A stretch of 64,000 nt of DNA from Octopus sinensis (taxonomy: Eukaryota), in the NCBI RefSeq assembly GCF_006345805.1, contig NC_043021.1, positions 24,676,001 through 24,740,000 of the forward strand. The letters are read 5' to 3'. How positions within the stretch are numbered: the stretch's first letter is position 1; every line of letters begins with the position of its first letter. Position numbers and translations under genes: made by a program. Positions 37,473 to 51,321 of this stretch are shown here, in pieces. The notes beneath the pieces were generated by a model. That model searched no databases. It was not told the DNA's origin and saw nothing but the letters and a program-made list of their open reading frames with translations.

Positions 37473-40400
37473 GTATATATAATATGTATATATAAATGCA
37501 GCCAGAGTAAGTGACCAAATAATTCAATTTAGACTAGACATGGGGAACATGAGAGCAGCAGTGACGTCTACCTGTACACTAGAGCCAGGAAGTGAGTGAA
37601 CGGATCACTTCAATAAATAACAACCTTTTTATCACAGCTGATTACTTCAATGGACAGGTTGAAGAATTATTGCCAAAATGGCTATTCAGGAATATATGGA
37701 CACTCGAAATCAGTTGTTCTCAAACTTTTCAAAAACTTTTACATGCCAGTCCTCTTACAGTTTTTACAATCATTCACGCTCCCCTATAAAATGCAGGATA
37801 ATCAACATGGAAAAAAGGGCATACATTTGCATACCGTAATTTCCAAACTATGAACTGCACTGCCCCATAGAACCAACAACCCCAAAAAACCACGACTTAC
37901 TCCATACAATGCCCTATTGGGATACAATAAATACACATGAAAATATGGAGAATCAGTTGATCAATTGGTTACAAAATAAATGAGAAACAAAAACAGTGTG
38001 AAAATATCCTGAGCATCCTGTATTAACTGCGTCAGACGCATTTTATGCCCATTTGGCAAAAAAAGAAAAACCGTGGATCATACACCGAAAACTACAGTTT
38101 AAACACAACAGTGGTTCTCAAACTTCCCCTTTCACCATGTATGGGATGCTTTTCCTGCCCATTGTCAGGTCATTCCTCGTTGATCGTCCAAGAGGTGCAT
38201 TTCTACCAATCTAGCTCTTTTAAGAATTATAGTAGCACTCCAAAATGTACAGAAGTTTCTGCCAATTGGGCCACTAGTATGCATGGAAAACCACAATTTT
38301 AGTAGAAACACTGTCTCCTCCTCCCCTGAAGGTTTGCCATCCATTTTTTTGAATCCCTGATACATAACATAACAGCAAAAACAAAATTATATAAGAAATT
38401 ATTTATTCACAAAAGTAGACGTTTATCATTTAATTTACAGCAGAGTAACCATCTCTTCTATGCTCAGTTTTGTGTTGGAGAGGGCAACCCTCATTTCTGG
38501 TGTAACATCCAGTCAATTTCATGACTTCATTTTGATGGCAAGGAAAGTGGAAAACGCAGATAAAATTCAGTAAACTGAATAAAAGATAAAATTCAGTAAA
38601 CTAATTTATTACCACTGCATTGTATATTTATTTTGCATTTATCATATACTACAGGTGTGCATATAAGCCTTAGTGTAGTTAGCTTTTGGGTGCACTAATT
38701 AACAATGCATACCTCTCACTATTAATTGTGGAAGAAATCCAGAGTACCTATGAGCATTGTTTTGTCTGCAGATAAACCTCCATGAATTGATAACCGTTGA
38801 GAAGACAGTTGTGTTGGAACACATTGCCATGTAAAACAACCCTGCCTTATAAGGCCCAGCCATCGTGCGGGATGAGAATGGGTGTCTGGCAAATGGGAAG
38901 GTCACACAGGAACATACACCAATGAAGATAAACAATGGCCAAGAGACATACAAACGTGTGGGTTGCAATAGTGGAGTGGTGAATGATGTGAGCATAGAAT
39001 ACCTATTTCTTTACTACCCACAAGGGGCTAAACACAGAGAGGACAAACAAGGACAGACATAGGTATTAAGTCGATTACATCGACCCCAGTGCGTAACTGG
39101 TGCTTAATTTATCGACCCCGAAAGGATGAAAGGCTAAGTCGACCTCGGCGGAATTTGAACTCACAACATAACGGCAGACGAAATACGGCTAAGCATTTCG
39201 CACGGCGTGCTAACGATTCGCCGCCTATGTGAGCATAGAATACCGAGAGAACATCCACGATCAACCCACATACTTACCATCAGCCAATCAGACTTGTTGT
39301 ACAAGTGTGATCAGCAAATGAGTGGGTAGGAGTGGCATGGAGTTTTGAAGTCAACAACTAAAAAGGATGATAGCATGGGGAAAATTGAAAATCTTGAAAT
39401 TTTTTTTTACTGTCTTAAGCCACCCATTTTCATGACACTTCAGTGTCCCTTTGCGGTCCCCTAGGCGACAGCAGACCTCAGTTTGAGAACCACTGCTCAA
39501 GATAAAGAACGAGGAGAGCTTGATGCTCTTGGAGTTTAATGGCAGAAATGACTTGAACCAGGGAAGAGGTACAGAAATGTTACTATTAGAGGTGGGTGAA
39601 TGCAGAGAATGTACAATAGAAAGAAGAGAGAGAGAGAGCCAACAGAGGGATCAGCTATTTAAGTTGACAATTGTACAAATGGCAATATGACAGCAATCAA
39701 GAAAACAGTTGGAACATCAGAGATAGACACAAATGTAATGAAAATAGCAGAGAAAGCAGGGCACACGCTAATCAGTGATTAAAAGGAAACAGCACAGCCA
39801 ATGACTGGCATAACAGCCTGCTCCTTGCTAGGGAAGCAGCTCTGAGGAGGTCAGGGTGATTACAGAAGCAACAAACTGATGGATGATCAAATTATAAAAA
39901 TAACAAAATTAACAGAGAGAGAGAAGAGGTTTGTGCCAGAACTGGGTGTCACTGATGTCCTCTTCTTAGCAAAAAGCACAGTACTTAACATTTGCTAATC
40001 TGGAGAAAGACTTTGAAATGGCTCCACCCTAAGTTTAGCAGCTGTTCAGAAAAGTAGATGTTGAAGAACGGGCTTGTGAGAGCCATGAAAGTCATATAGA
40101 GAGAAATGCCATCATCAAGCAAAGAGTCCAGCAAAGAATTTAGAGTGCAATCAAATGTCCAGAATTCTGTTCTCAACCCAAAGTCCATCTCGTGAACATA
40201 CGGAAGGTGAGAGGCAGGTGAAATTGAACCAAGAGAGCAATCCAAAGTGGGGGGGGGGGAACCTACAGAAGGAGAAGACTGAAGAGAAAGTGGTGAAAGC
40301 TTGTCTTGGGATTGACGAACGTTAGAAATGAGATGACTAAGAGTTGTAACAAGTGGCAAGATGTTGGGCTGCTGCAAAAGAAACTTACAATTTATATAAG

Positions 40401-40615
40401 CTTGGGGGGAGGGGAGATCAGTAAAAATGATATATAGGCGCAGGAGTGGCTGTGTGGTAAGTAGCTTGCTAACCAACCACATGGTTCCGGGTTCAGTCCC
40501 ACTACGTGGCATCTTGGGCAAGTGTCTTCTGCTATAGCCCCGGGCCAACCAATGCCTTGTGAGTGGATTTGGTAGACGGAAACTGAAAGAAGCCTGTCGT
40601 ATATATGTATGTATG

Positions 40616-40649
<34 letters not shown>

Positions 40650-43600
40650 ATTATATATATATATTATATATATATATGTATGTATGTATGTGTGTGTGTC
40701 TTTGTGTTTTTTCCCCCTAGCATTGCTTGACAACCGATGCTGGTGTGTTTACGTCCCCGTCACTTAGCGGTTCGCCAAAAGAGATCGACAGAATAAGTAC
40801 TGGGCTTACAAAGAATAAGTCCCGGGGTCGATTTGCTCAACTAAAGGCGGTGCTCCAGCATGGCCGCAGTCAAATGACTGAAACAAGTAAAAGAGTAAAG
40901 AGTATATACACACACACATGAGTGTGTATACATATTACAACTTATAATGTTGGGCACATCCTTCATCAACTGAAGCATAATTTCATCAACTTCAGACAGT
41001 ATCAGTCGCTCCAACAGTGCCGAACACCACGGATGCTACCAAGAAACTGTTCAGCTTCTTTGGTCTCCACCCTCTAACACATTTCTCTTCTATTACCTGT
41101 GCAACTGCCGCACCAAGCCGGGTGCAGCTGTAACCACTGCAACAACTATTCATTGAGTATGTTCATACACACACACACACGAAATATACTATACAATGTC
41201 TTGGTTCATTATAATTATCTCCACATCCAGAAGACGTATCATAATTGCCAAATGGTAATGAAGACCAGTCCTATGGGAGAAGGGGGGGGATAATCTCAAG
41301 AATCCAGAATCCTCCTGAGTCGACCATTAAGGAGAAGGACAGGTTGATTGGCTGGAGTCAAGAGAACAGGTGTGGACACCTGCCTGTGGCTCAATAACCA
41401 TCTTCAGCACAATTGTGCTAACCTCTATCCAATGGCCAAAGAACACAAGACATCAACAAGAAAGTATAGAACACATTTATGGCCAAGGTAATTTGCATAA
41501 ATTAAACATGACTCAATAACTCAGAGTGCCCAATGGCATGAATGCACACACACACACTCACGTATGTGTGTATTGATATATATACACACACACACATTCT
41601 CGAGCAGTCCTACATCAGATCTCTTTTATGCTTTACAATTATGCCAACTGACCATTTCGTTAACAACTGCTGCAACAGAAGGCAACCAATTTCTCTCCAA
41701 CAGCTGCAATGAGTCATTTCTGGAGACATCAGTGCTTTTCATAGTCACATTCATTAACATCACAATAAAAGTGTATCGTCTACACCGATGGTGGTGTCAC
41801 TTGGACGGCAGCCAGTCAATAATAACTAAATATTCTAGTGGTAAGTAGAAAATATAGATCTAAAAATCAAACAGCAATCACACAAATGAACCAGTTTCAG
41901 AGTGGAATTCCAGTGAGAGTTCAGTGCAGAGTCTCAATGCATGAATCTGTTGCTGTAAGTTTTAACTGTGCTGCACGGAGCCAACTAGGAGAGTCTCTGC
42001 TAGACATACCAGCCAAATCTTTCAAATCATTTATGCCAACAAAAAAGGGGGAAGGTCTATCTAAGACTACAATATTCAAAACATTTGGAAAGAAAAAGAC
42101 AGCCATCGTTCAAAATGTCTGCTCCTATCTGCTCAATCAGAGCCGACCTGGGGTTAAATATTAATCTTCTGGAAGCTGTGCAAACAAATGCCTCACTCAC
42201 CTTAAACATCTTGCTTCTCTGAGCATTGATGCACTGAAGTTCCACTATTTATCAACTGACTCAATAGAAGCCTACAAGAATAGTCACCATTCTGCAATAA
42301 CTTTGGTCACTTTTTTAAATTCAACAGGTGGACAGGCATATGAGATCAGAAAAAAGCGCAGCATGACTTTTGGAAAAATCTTTTTGCACTCAGAATACTC
42401 TTTTGTCTCTTTACTTGTTTCAGTCATTTGACTGCGGCCATGCTGGAGCACCGCCTTTAGTCGAGCAACTAGACCCAAGGACTTATTCTTTGTAAGCTCA
42501 GTACTTATTCTATCGGTCTCTTTTGCCGAACCGCTAAGTAACGGGGACGTGAACACACCAGCTAAGGTGACAAACACAAACACACACAAACATATATATA
42601 TATATATACACACACATATATACGACAGGCTTCTTTCAGTTTCCGTCTACCAAATCCACTCACAAGGCTTTGGTTGGCCCGGGGCTATAGCAGAAGACAC
42701 TTGCCCAAGATGCCATGCAGTGGGAATGAACCCGGAACCATGTGGTTGGTTAGCAAGCTACTTACCACACAATATATAATTGAAGCATAGAATAAACTAG
42801 CCACATGAGTTGTTTGCTGTCAAAACACTGCACCTTCCAAAAATTCCATGCTTCTTGAAATTCACCCATGCTACACCTGACATACCTATCCAACTTTTAA
42901 TGTTCACTCTTCTGACTTCATGTACTTCTGGGTATTTTGCATTTAATCCTAACTTTCATTATTGTCTGTCTGTCTACTTCAATTTGTCCCCTCTTTTGCT
43001 CCTTGCCAACAAGTTACAGAACACCTGAACACATCTCCCACTTCTAGTTTCTATCTTACACAAACAATTCAACAACACTCATCTATCTACTCTCAACACA
43101 TTCTGCCAGGTTCAAATGTGAATATCAAATTGATGTTGTTTTTCATCATCAGAGAACACCTGTTCCCTTTAGACAAGGTTTCTTTCATAACACAGATGAT
43201 TCACAGGTACATGGGGACTTTGAGACACTGCAGTGTTTCAACCTCATTACAGGTCTCCTCAACCAAAGCTATCCAGCTAGACTGCTGAATCTAACAGGAG
43301 CATCAGCTCTTATTTATAGGAGTAAGCTAACAAATTATCGGCTGACGTCTGCCAAATAAGTTGTCAAAAGAGAGGAGGTGTTGTTTAATGATGAGAAACG
43401 AAAACAATCAGTTATTCATATTCAAATCTGCCGGGACATGTTGAGAAAGAATGAAGATGTTGTTTGGATTCTTGTGGTTCTCTGTGAACCCCAGGAATTA
43501 CTTAGGTTTCTGTTTAATAAAACAGAAAAAAGTCCAAATGAATTGTAATTCCAATCACTGGACTGTGACCATTTAAGGGTTTTACTCAAACCTATCAACC

Positions 43601-46600
43601 CCAATATTTCAGTTTTGATCTTATTTGTTGACTTGCTTCGTTACAGAACAAAGGAATTCCAAATAAACAGGGTTTTAGACTTGTGTAAACATAAAAAGTC
43701 ATGCACAAACAATTCTTTAACCATACAGCTGTGGCCATACTGGGGCACCACCATACATAGCTTCTATCTCTTTGCACTCACTAGATATTGGTGACTTAAG
43801 TGAGATTGGTCCTGGAACCCTACAGTTCTGGGCCTAAACCCCTCCTTTTGCACAAAGCTAACTTTTCAACTGAACAGCCAAAATCAAAATTTAAATTTTC
43901 TATAATACTCAGCCAAATTACATTGTGACATTTCCAGATCACTGTGTAATTAGGCCAGTGAGTAATTAGGACTTTCTTTCACATGTGTGTGAAAGAAACA
44001 CATTGAGAGATATTGTTTTTATGCCATGTGAAGAGGCATGGCCATAAAGGCCTAGTCAATTCCCAGACTAGGCAGCATGTTCGGTTCTTGAGCAGAACAC
44101 TCCATTTTCCATTGTTTCAGTACTGGCGACGGGGGGGGGGGGCTGGAATGTTAAAGACTAGATCCAACATTTCCTCTGCATGTTGCAAAAGGTAATTAAA
44201 AGTGGTTAAGGCAGGATTTGCACACACAACCCCTCACCAGCAAGCACTACCCTAACAGACCCATGGGTTGGAGGTTTTTCACTCAAGTGATGCAAAAGAA
44301 TCACCAACGGTGGACGTAACAACATGCTATTACAGCACATGCTACCATACTACTACTACTACTACTACTATTTTTACACCCATTTTTTTCCACACTGGCA
44401 TAAATTAGATGAGTACTGAGGCAGTGACCTATGACCAGATGCCCTTCTTGTTGTTCAAGTAAGGCTATTTTTATTCCACTGGTCTTCACATAGCAAAACC
44501 AATGAAATTCTCAAGCTATAGCACATACTGCTTACGCAACACAAACACAAGACACACTTTTGTTCAAAAGTTTGTGTTAAAACACTCAAATGTGTATGAG
44601 CACACACACACACACAAAACATTTCTCTAGCTTCTGTCTAAATTTCACTCTCAAAGAATTGGTTGGCCAGAGGTTAAAGTAGCAAACACTCGCTAAAAGT
44701 GCCATTTACTGGGATGGAACCAAAAACTAAATGGTTTGAAGTAAACTTTGTAGCTACTAAAGACCATGCAATTTAATCACAGATTCTAAATTCCCAAAGT
44801 CTAAATAAATATATATTTAATAATTTAACATCTGTTTAATATGTATGTATGTGTGTGTATATATGTATATATATATATATATATATTAGTATGTCAGCAA
44901 CATATTGTTATGGGCAACCTTCAACATTTTTCTCATCCAAGAGAGTTTTTAACCCAATATTCTACATGCCCTTATTTTAAAAATGATTTATTTCACATAA
45001 ACATAATTCCCTATACTATATTCATAACCCTAAATCAGAGATGCTCAACCATCCACTTGTACCATTATGTAAACAAAACTCCTGCCAATCATATTTTTAT
45101 TTACATTTTCAATAAACAATTCTTCGCAGCCTGCAAAGCAGAGAACTAAGTAAGAATTCTTAAGAAGATCAAAACTAAACTGCCTGGTGCTCACTTCAAG
45201 CTGTTTTTAAGGGTAACTTTGCATCAAAACGAAACAGATGTTTATTCAACATACAGGTGTAACTCCACACACACACACACACACACACATACAATTACTC
45301 ACATCTTCACAATTATCAGTAATTCCCTGCCTTGACAAATTTCTGAACCCTAGTTTTTGTAGGATGGGAGCAAACAAAAATACCCACTAATTTTACAATG
45401 CAACTGCACCTTGAGAGAGAGGGGCTGATACTTTTAGGGAGAGCAGAAAAAACGGGGGAACCAACTGGAGAGAAGCAGAAAAGACAGCCCCCCAGTTGAG
45501 AAAAGTCATCAAGAGCAAGTGATCCCTAGGGAGGGAATGAAGGGCTTATGTAAAAATAAGTTGCTAGATGCATCAGAATTATTCATCTGTGAAAGAAATT
45601 GTTGGGACAGATTTTATGTTAGGGTGTTTATTTCTTCAATTCATCTGGTAATGTAGGTTTGGTTCAATAAGATGATGGGATGCTGCAACACTGCACAATA
45701 TGGAAAGACACTTGAAATAGACAATGATTGAAGGTGGGGAATTTTTAAGTAAGGTAATCCTCAACATAAATGCAGATTAAAACAAAACAAAAAACAAAAA
45801 AAAAATGAGTGTAGGATATGTAAGAGGACATTTTGAAGAAAGTTCTAAAAGTTTTGACTACAAAGAACTGATTTCAGGTTGTTTATTTTTCCCAAATTCA
45901 ATTTCTTTTCTCTTCAGTAAATGAATTGTTGACGTGTTTTTCAGTCTGTCATTCCTCACAACATGGTGTGTCTGGGCTATATTAGTCACAACTAGTGAGA
46001 CAGACAACCTATTTCAGGCAAATTCACTCCCACCAAACGTGACAACGTTGAAGTTTGTTAGTCTGCCGCCACCATCTTTTCTTACACGTGTTTATACTTA
46101 TAACACATTCCATTCACAAGGAAACGTTTGCTTTTACTATCTTTCTCTATCACTACTACTACTACTACACATACATTCATATAACAAACACATACAGGCA
46201 ACCATCTTAGTTCTATCTTGTTGATACATGGATGAAGTTCTTATGTAAGTTGTCTGTTATGTACGAGATTTTATATATATATATAAACCAGTTATGTAAG
46301 CCGTATATTATGCATACAATACAACACAAACCAGTTATTAAAAAATGTCCAGAAAAGCAGACAGCAGCAGCAGTGTTCCTGCAACTGTCTTCCAACCCTC
46401 ACACCAATCTGACATCATCCCACCTCATCCCACAGATGACCTGATAAAAACTAGTGAGGCTGCTGATAACCAGTTCTCTATTCTTAAACAAAAAAATTTT
46501 TTTCCATTCACAAACCACAATAGACCATTCTTTCTGCTGTTTCTTCACTGGATAGAGGAAGCGAGCCAATCACAGGCGCTATTTTCACCAGTTTCTCCCT

Positions 46601-49557
46601 ACCACCCACCTACCTACCTACCTTATTTAGGTTCTAACATTTTAATTCTTCACACTCCATTTTATCATATTCTTCTCTTCATATCTTTGGATGAGAGACA
46701 AACAATAATTCCTATCTCCTACAGACCCAGATAGCCGTCATACAATATGGTAACCTAACTCTCAGCAGAGAATAGCTTTTTTTTTTTTTAAAGAAAAGAT
46801 ATTTTAACCAGTAAAATCAGTAAGTTTTTTGTGTTTTTTTTCTTTGGATGGGGGTGTCCAACTAAACTGTTTAAAACTTTGTATTTCTCTATGCTACCAA
46901 AATCTTTATATATAAAAGTGAAGTTGTGTGTCTGTCTCCTACGATTTAGATTCCTAACTACTCCCACATTTTGCGGTGCAGTTTAACCAAAACCGGGTAT
47001 CTTATAGTCGTGATTCATATCGAGCCCGTCTGGCTATTAGCGCGCGTCTACGATAAGTCTACGATTTAAAAAAAAATTTACCATCATTTTTTTCCATTTT
47101 GATGCATTTTTTTCGCTATTATATAAGGGAAGTAACTCTCTAAAAATGTCTACGATGAGTCAACGATTTTAAAAAAAAATTTACCATCATTTTTTTTTCC
47201 ATTTTTAATGCATTTTTTTGCTATTTTTTGGCTATAACTCTCTAAAAATGCTTATATAGTTATTTCCCTTACAAACCCAAGCAACGCCGGGCGTTACTGC
47301 TAGTTTTATTATAAAGCAGGATGAAGGAGATATATAATTTTTACCAGCCAATCTAGAAATTTGAAAAGCTCCTTCTTCTGCCAAGTAGTTAATGAGAGGA
47401 ATATGTCCTATTGATTCATCAAACTCTATCTTTCTCTCTCCTTGTCTCCTTCCTCGGCAGAAGGAGACAAATACAATGGAAATAGGTTTGTGAATTGGAT
47501 TAAATCAGTCGAGTCAAACTGACCTGCAATGCCAAATCACTTATCGCAGCAAAAAGCTAGGATAGGTATTTAAAGAGCAAAACTGGAATTAATAAGATGT
47601 TGAACAGATTAACAACAGTTCAAATGTCACCAGTGGTACGCGGTATCCATGCACTCACTCCTCACAACTACAATGAAACAGTGATAAGGAGTGGGTGCAC
47701 CATGTAATTAACAAGCGTTTTGATGACTTGCAGCATTGATTTGGAAACATTCTACTGGCCAGGAGATAGTCATGGAATTTCAGGGTAACAAAGAATTTCC
47801 TGTGATTCAATGGTGATGTTTATTAGTCTGAGATAGAAAACGGTAGGAAGGAAATTGCTTGACAGTCATGGCAGGATAGGAAGGAAGTGAAAATACCTTT
47901 TTCTGTAGTCGGATGACTGAGGTCCACTTCTTCTCAAGTAACCCAGCATATTTCTTGTCAATCTCTCCTGGCTGGTTAAAAAAAAAGAAGAAAAAAGCAA
48001 TGAGTAAAACGAATTAGAAAAAATACAGGTATACACACACAGCTAATAACAGTTTAATGAATGCACATAAATCTAGCTCCTTCACCACCCCCATCACAGA
48101 TTAGTGCAGAGCCCAGATTAACCTTAAGTTGACTTCAGAGAAGGGAGATTAATTAAAACTTAAAACATTTATGAAGTGATGATAAATAGCATACACTAAT
48201 GAATAGCATTATTTTATTAATGACACCATAGGGAGTAACAACAACTCATTAACAATACAAAAAAAAAAAATGGTGAATATGAAGAATTATCAATTTCTTG
48301 GACAATTCTCCAGATCCTACACAGGTCCCAGCCATCACCTCAAATACAACCTTAAGCACTGCTCCGACAGCCAGAGTCTTAATTCATTTCCTCTCACCTG
48401 AACATCAACAACAACCATCTTCCAGTTCCTCTAGTTTTAATTCTTTTCATACAAACCCACCCGAGATTCACCCTGGGTCTAGGAAACAAACCTTTTTGTT
48501 TTCAAATGATCTAGTTTAAATGCCTTCCATTAAATTTTCACGTGAATCTTATATTCTAAACACAAGCTTAATAAAAAAAAAATTATTTTAGTAATCGTTC
48601 ATTATTTCGAAAACTGATGGAATTGAAAGGTAGAGGATTTTAACAGAAATATGGTAACAAAAGGGTTAAGACACTCCTGCTACCTCACAGCATCTACTGG
48701 ACCTGTTGTTCTACACAGCTGTTCAACTACCAGCAGGCAGGTCTTCCAGCTCCCTTTTAAGTCTTCACCTTCACTGACTTTCAATACACACAATTCTACA
48801 AGGTTAGCTATACACCCAAAGCAACACTGTTGCTGCAGAAACCAAATCAGTTGCGGTTCTGAAATGTCTGCCCCAGGTGCTGCCCTCACCTGTGTCTCTA
48901 ACCAACACCAAGGTATGCTACTTTTTAAGGTGAGGGCATAGTTGTAGGGTTTAGAAGCTTGCTTTGCAACCACCAGCTTTTGGGTGCAGTTCCACACTGC
49001 AATACCTTAGGCAGCTGTTTTTCCACTAGAGCCCTAGGCCAACAAACCCCAGTGAATTTGGAAGACAGAAACTGTGTAGAAGCTCATCATGTGTGTGCAT
49101 GCGCACACGCCTCCCCCACCTGTCAACCAACGTTGCTTTGTTTACGTCCCTTGGGTAAAAAAGATTAATAGAATAAACACCAGACTTAAAAAACTAAGTA
49201 CTGGGGTCTTGTTTGACTAAATCCTTCAAGATGGTGTCCCAGTATGGTCACAGCCAAATGACAGAAACAAGATAAAAACTACACTGAGTTTCTAGATGAA
49301 TCCTTTCTCCAAGCTTAGTTTTTGCTGTTTCTGCTCTTAACAATCAATCCAACCCTAAACCAAGGTAATTTTCTGCACAAAACCCTTTGCTCCATTAATC
49401 AGGGGACTTGGAAGTAGCTGGGGTCAGTGTCACTAACCACTGTGTTGGTCCCTATCAGTAATCTCTTTAGAAATCAAAGTCAAGACAGTCCAATACCCAA
49501 AGACTTTTGGCAGCAGATGGGCTTTCTTTCTGATAACCCAACTGCTTACCAAAACTA

Positions 49558-49609
<52 letters not shown>

Positions 49610-50706
49610 CATCCATCACATTACCAATTCCAAGACCATCAATTTGTTCATTTATATCTTATACTACATCAACAGCACCTCAACGACAGATCAATATATG
49701 TTGTGATCAAGCAGACTGTCAGATTCTGTTATACATTGCTGGTCACAGTGTGCTTCCAAATGATGCCACCCCCTGCTGACCAGGCCAACACCCCACCCCC
49801 TGATACCAGTCCATTACAGGGGGGGGGGGTACCCATTTACAGCTGAATGAACTGGAGCGACATGAAGCCATCTGCTCAAGGACGCAACGTGCAGCTGGTC
49901 TGAGAATCAAACGCCCCCCCCCCCATGTAAACTAACATTCCTAAATGGAGAGGGCAAAAATATTAAATGACAAGGAGAGCCAGTCTCCCTAGGTTTGTTG
50001 CCTGGCTCTTCACATCATAAAGTACAGTCCTAAATTCCTCAGCAAGTGGAGTCTATATTGGGGTCAAGAACAAGTGCTCAGAATCAGAATCAAATTACTC
50101 CCCAAGTGCAAAACTTGCTGGTTCTAACAATATTACGAAGAAGGGCTGTTGACAATCGGCCCAGAACCAATATCAACCAAAGAATTCATGATCAGTAAAC
50201 ACTGACAATAAATGCTAGTGTGACAAAAGATTTAGAAAGGACAGATATAAATGTCTGGGAATTGGTGTAGATGGACAAAAGGAAAGAATTAAGCCAAAAG
50301 GAATCTATTTTGACAGAGTGAGATAATGGTAAAGAAGTCCTTTAGTGCTACCAGAAATCAACTACAGCTTTAATTATGAAAGTATTGTGTAGGATAATGA
50401 AGGTAGAAATCTCTGTGCAATACTTTACTTTTCACATTAACACAAGACTTCCCCATCACCACCACATCTGCCATGCAGGGGGGGGGGTTAGTCAACCGGA
50501 TCCACAGCTCTGTATCGGCCACTCACTGATCTTACACAGCACAGGAGTGGCTGTGTGGTAAGTAGCTTGCTAACCAACCACATGGTTCCGGGTTCAGTCC
50601 CACTGCGTGACATCTTGGGCAAGTGTCTTCTGCTATAGCCTCGGGCTGACCAAAGCCTTGTGAGTGGATTTGGTAGACGGAAACTGAAAGAAGCCTGTCG
50701 TATATA

Positions 50707-50779
<73 letters not shown>

Positions 50780-51252
50780 TGTGTGTCTGTGTTTGTCCCC
50801 CTAGCATTGCTTGACAACCGATGCTGGTGTGTTTACGTCCCCGTCACTTAGCGGTTCGGCAAAAGAGACCGATAGAATAAGTACTGGGCTTACAAAGAAT
50901 AAGACCCGGGGTCGATTTGCTCGACTAAAGGCGGTGCTCCAGCATGGCCGCAGTCAAATGGCTGAAACAAGTAAAAGAGCTATGAACACAGAAGAGATAA
51001 GGTTCACAAATACTACCTCAGTTTGTTTTGTTTTTTAGCTCAGTGCTGTTGTTGTTGTTGTTACCTCACCACAATGGTGATGACAACGATTATGAATAAA
51101 GGCCCAGATTCATTGTTTATAGCCGAAGGAAAATTGATTTTTCCTTTCTGGAGCAGGCAAGATGGGTGAAAAGCAAAAAGTGCCAAGATGAACATCAATA
51201 TCCACACACACACACACACACACACACAAATGTAAACACTGACTATACATAC

Positions 51253-51321
<69 letters not shown>

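Noticed and set aside
40437-40510. tRNA-like A and B boxes
   Set aside because: No cloverleaf; they are SINE heads, not tRNA genes.
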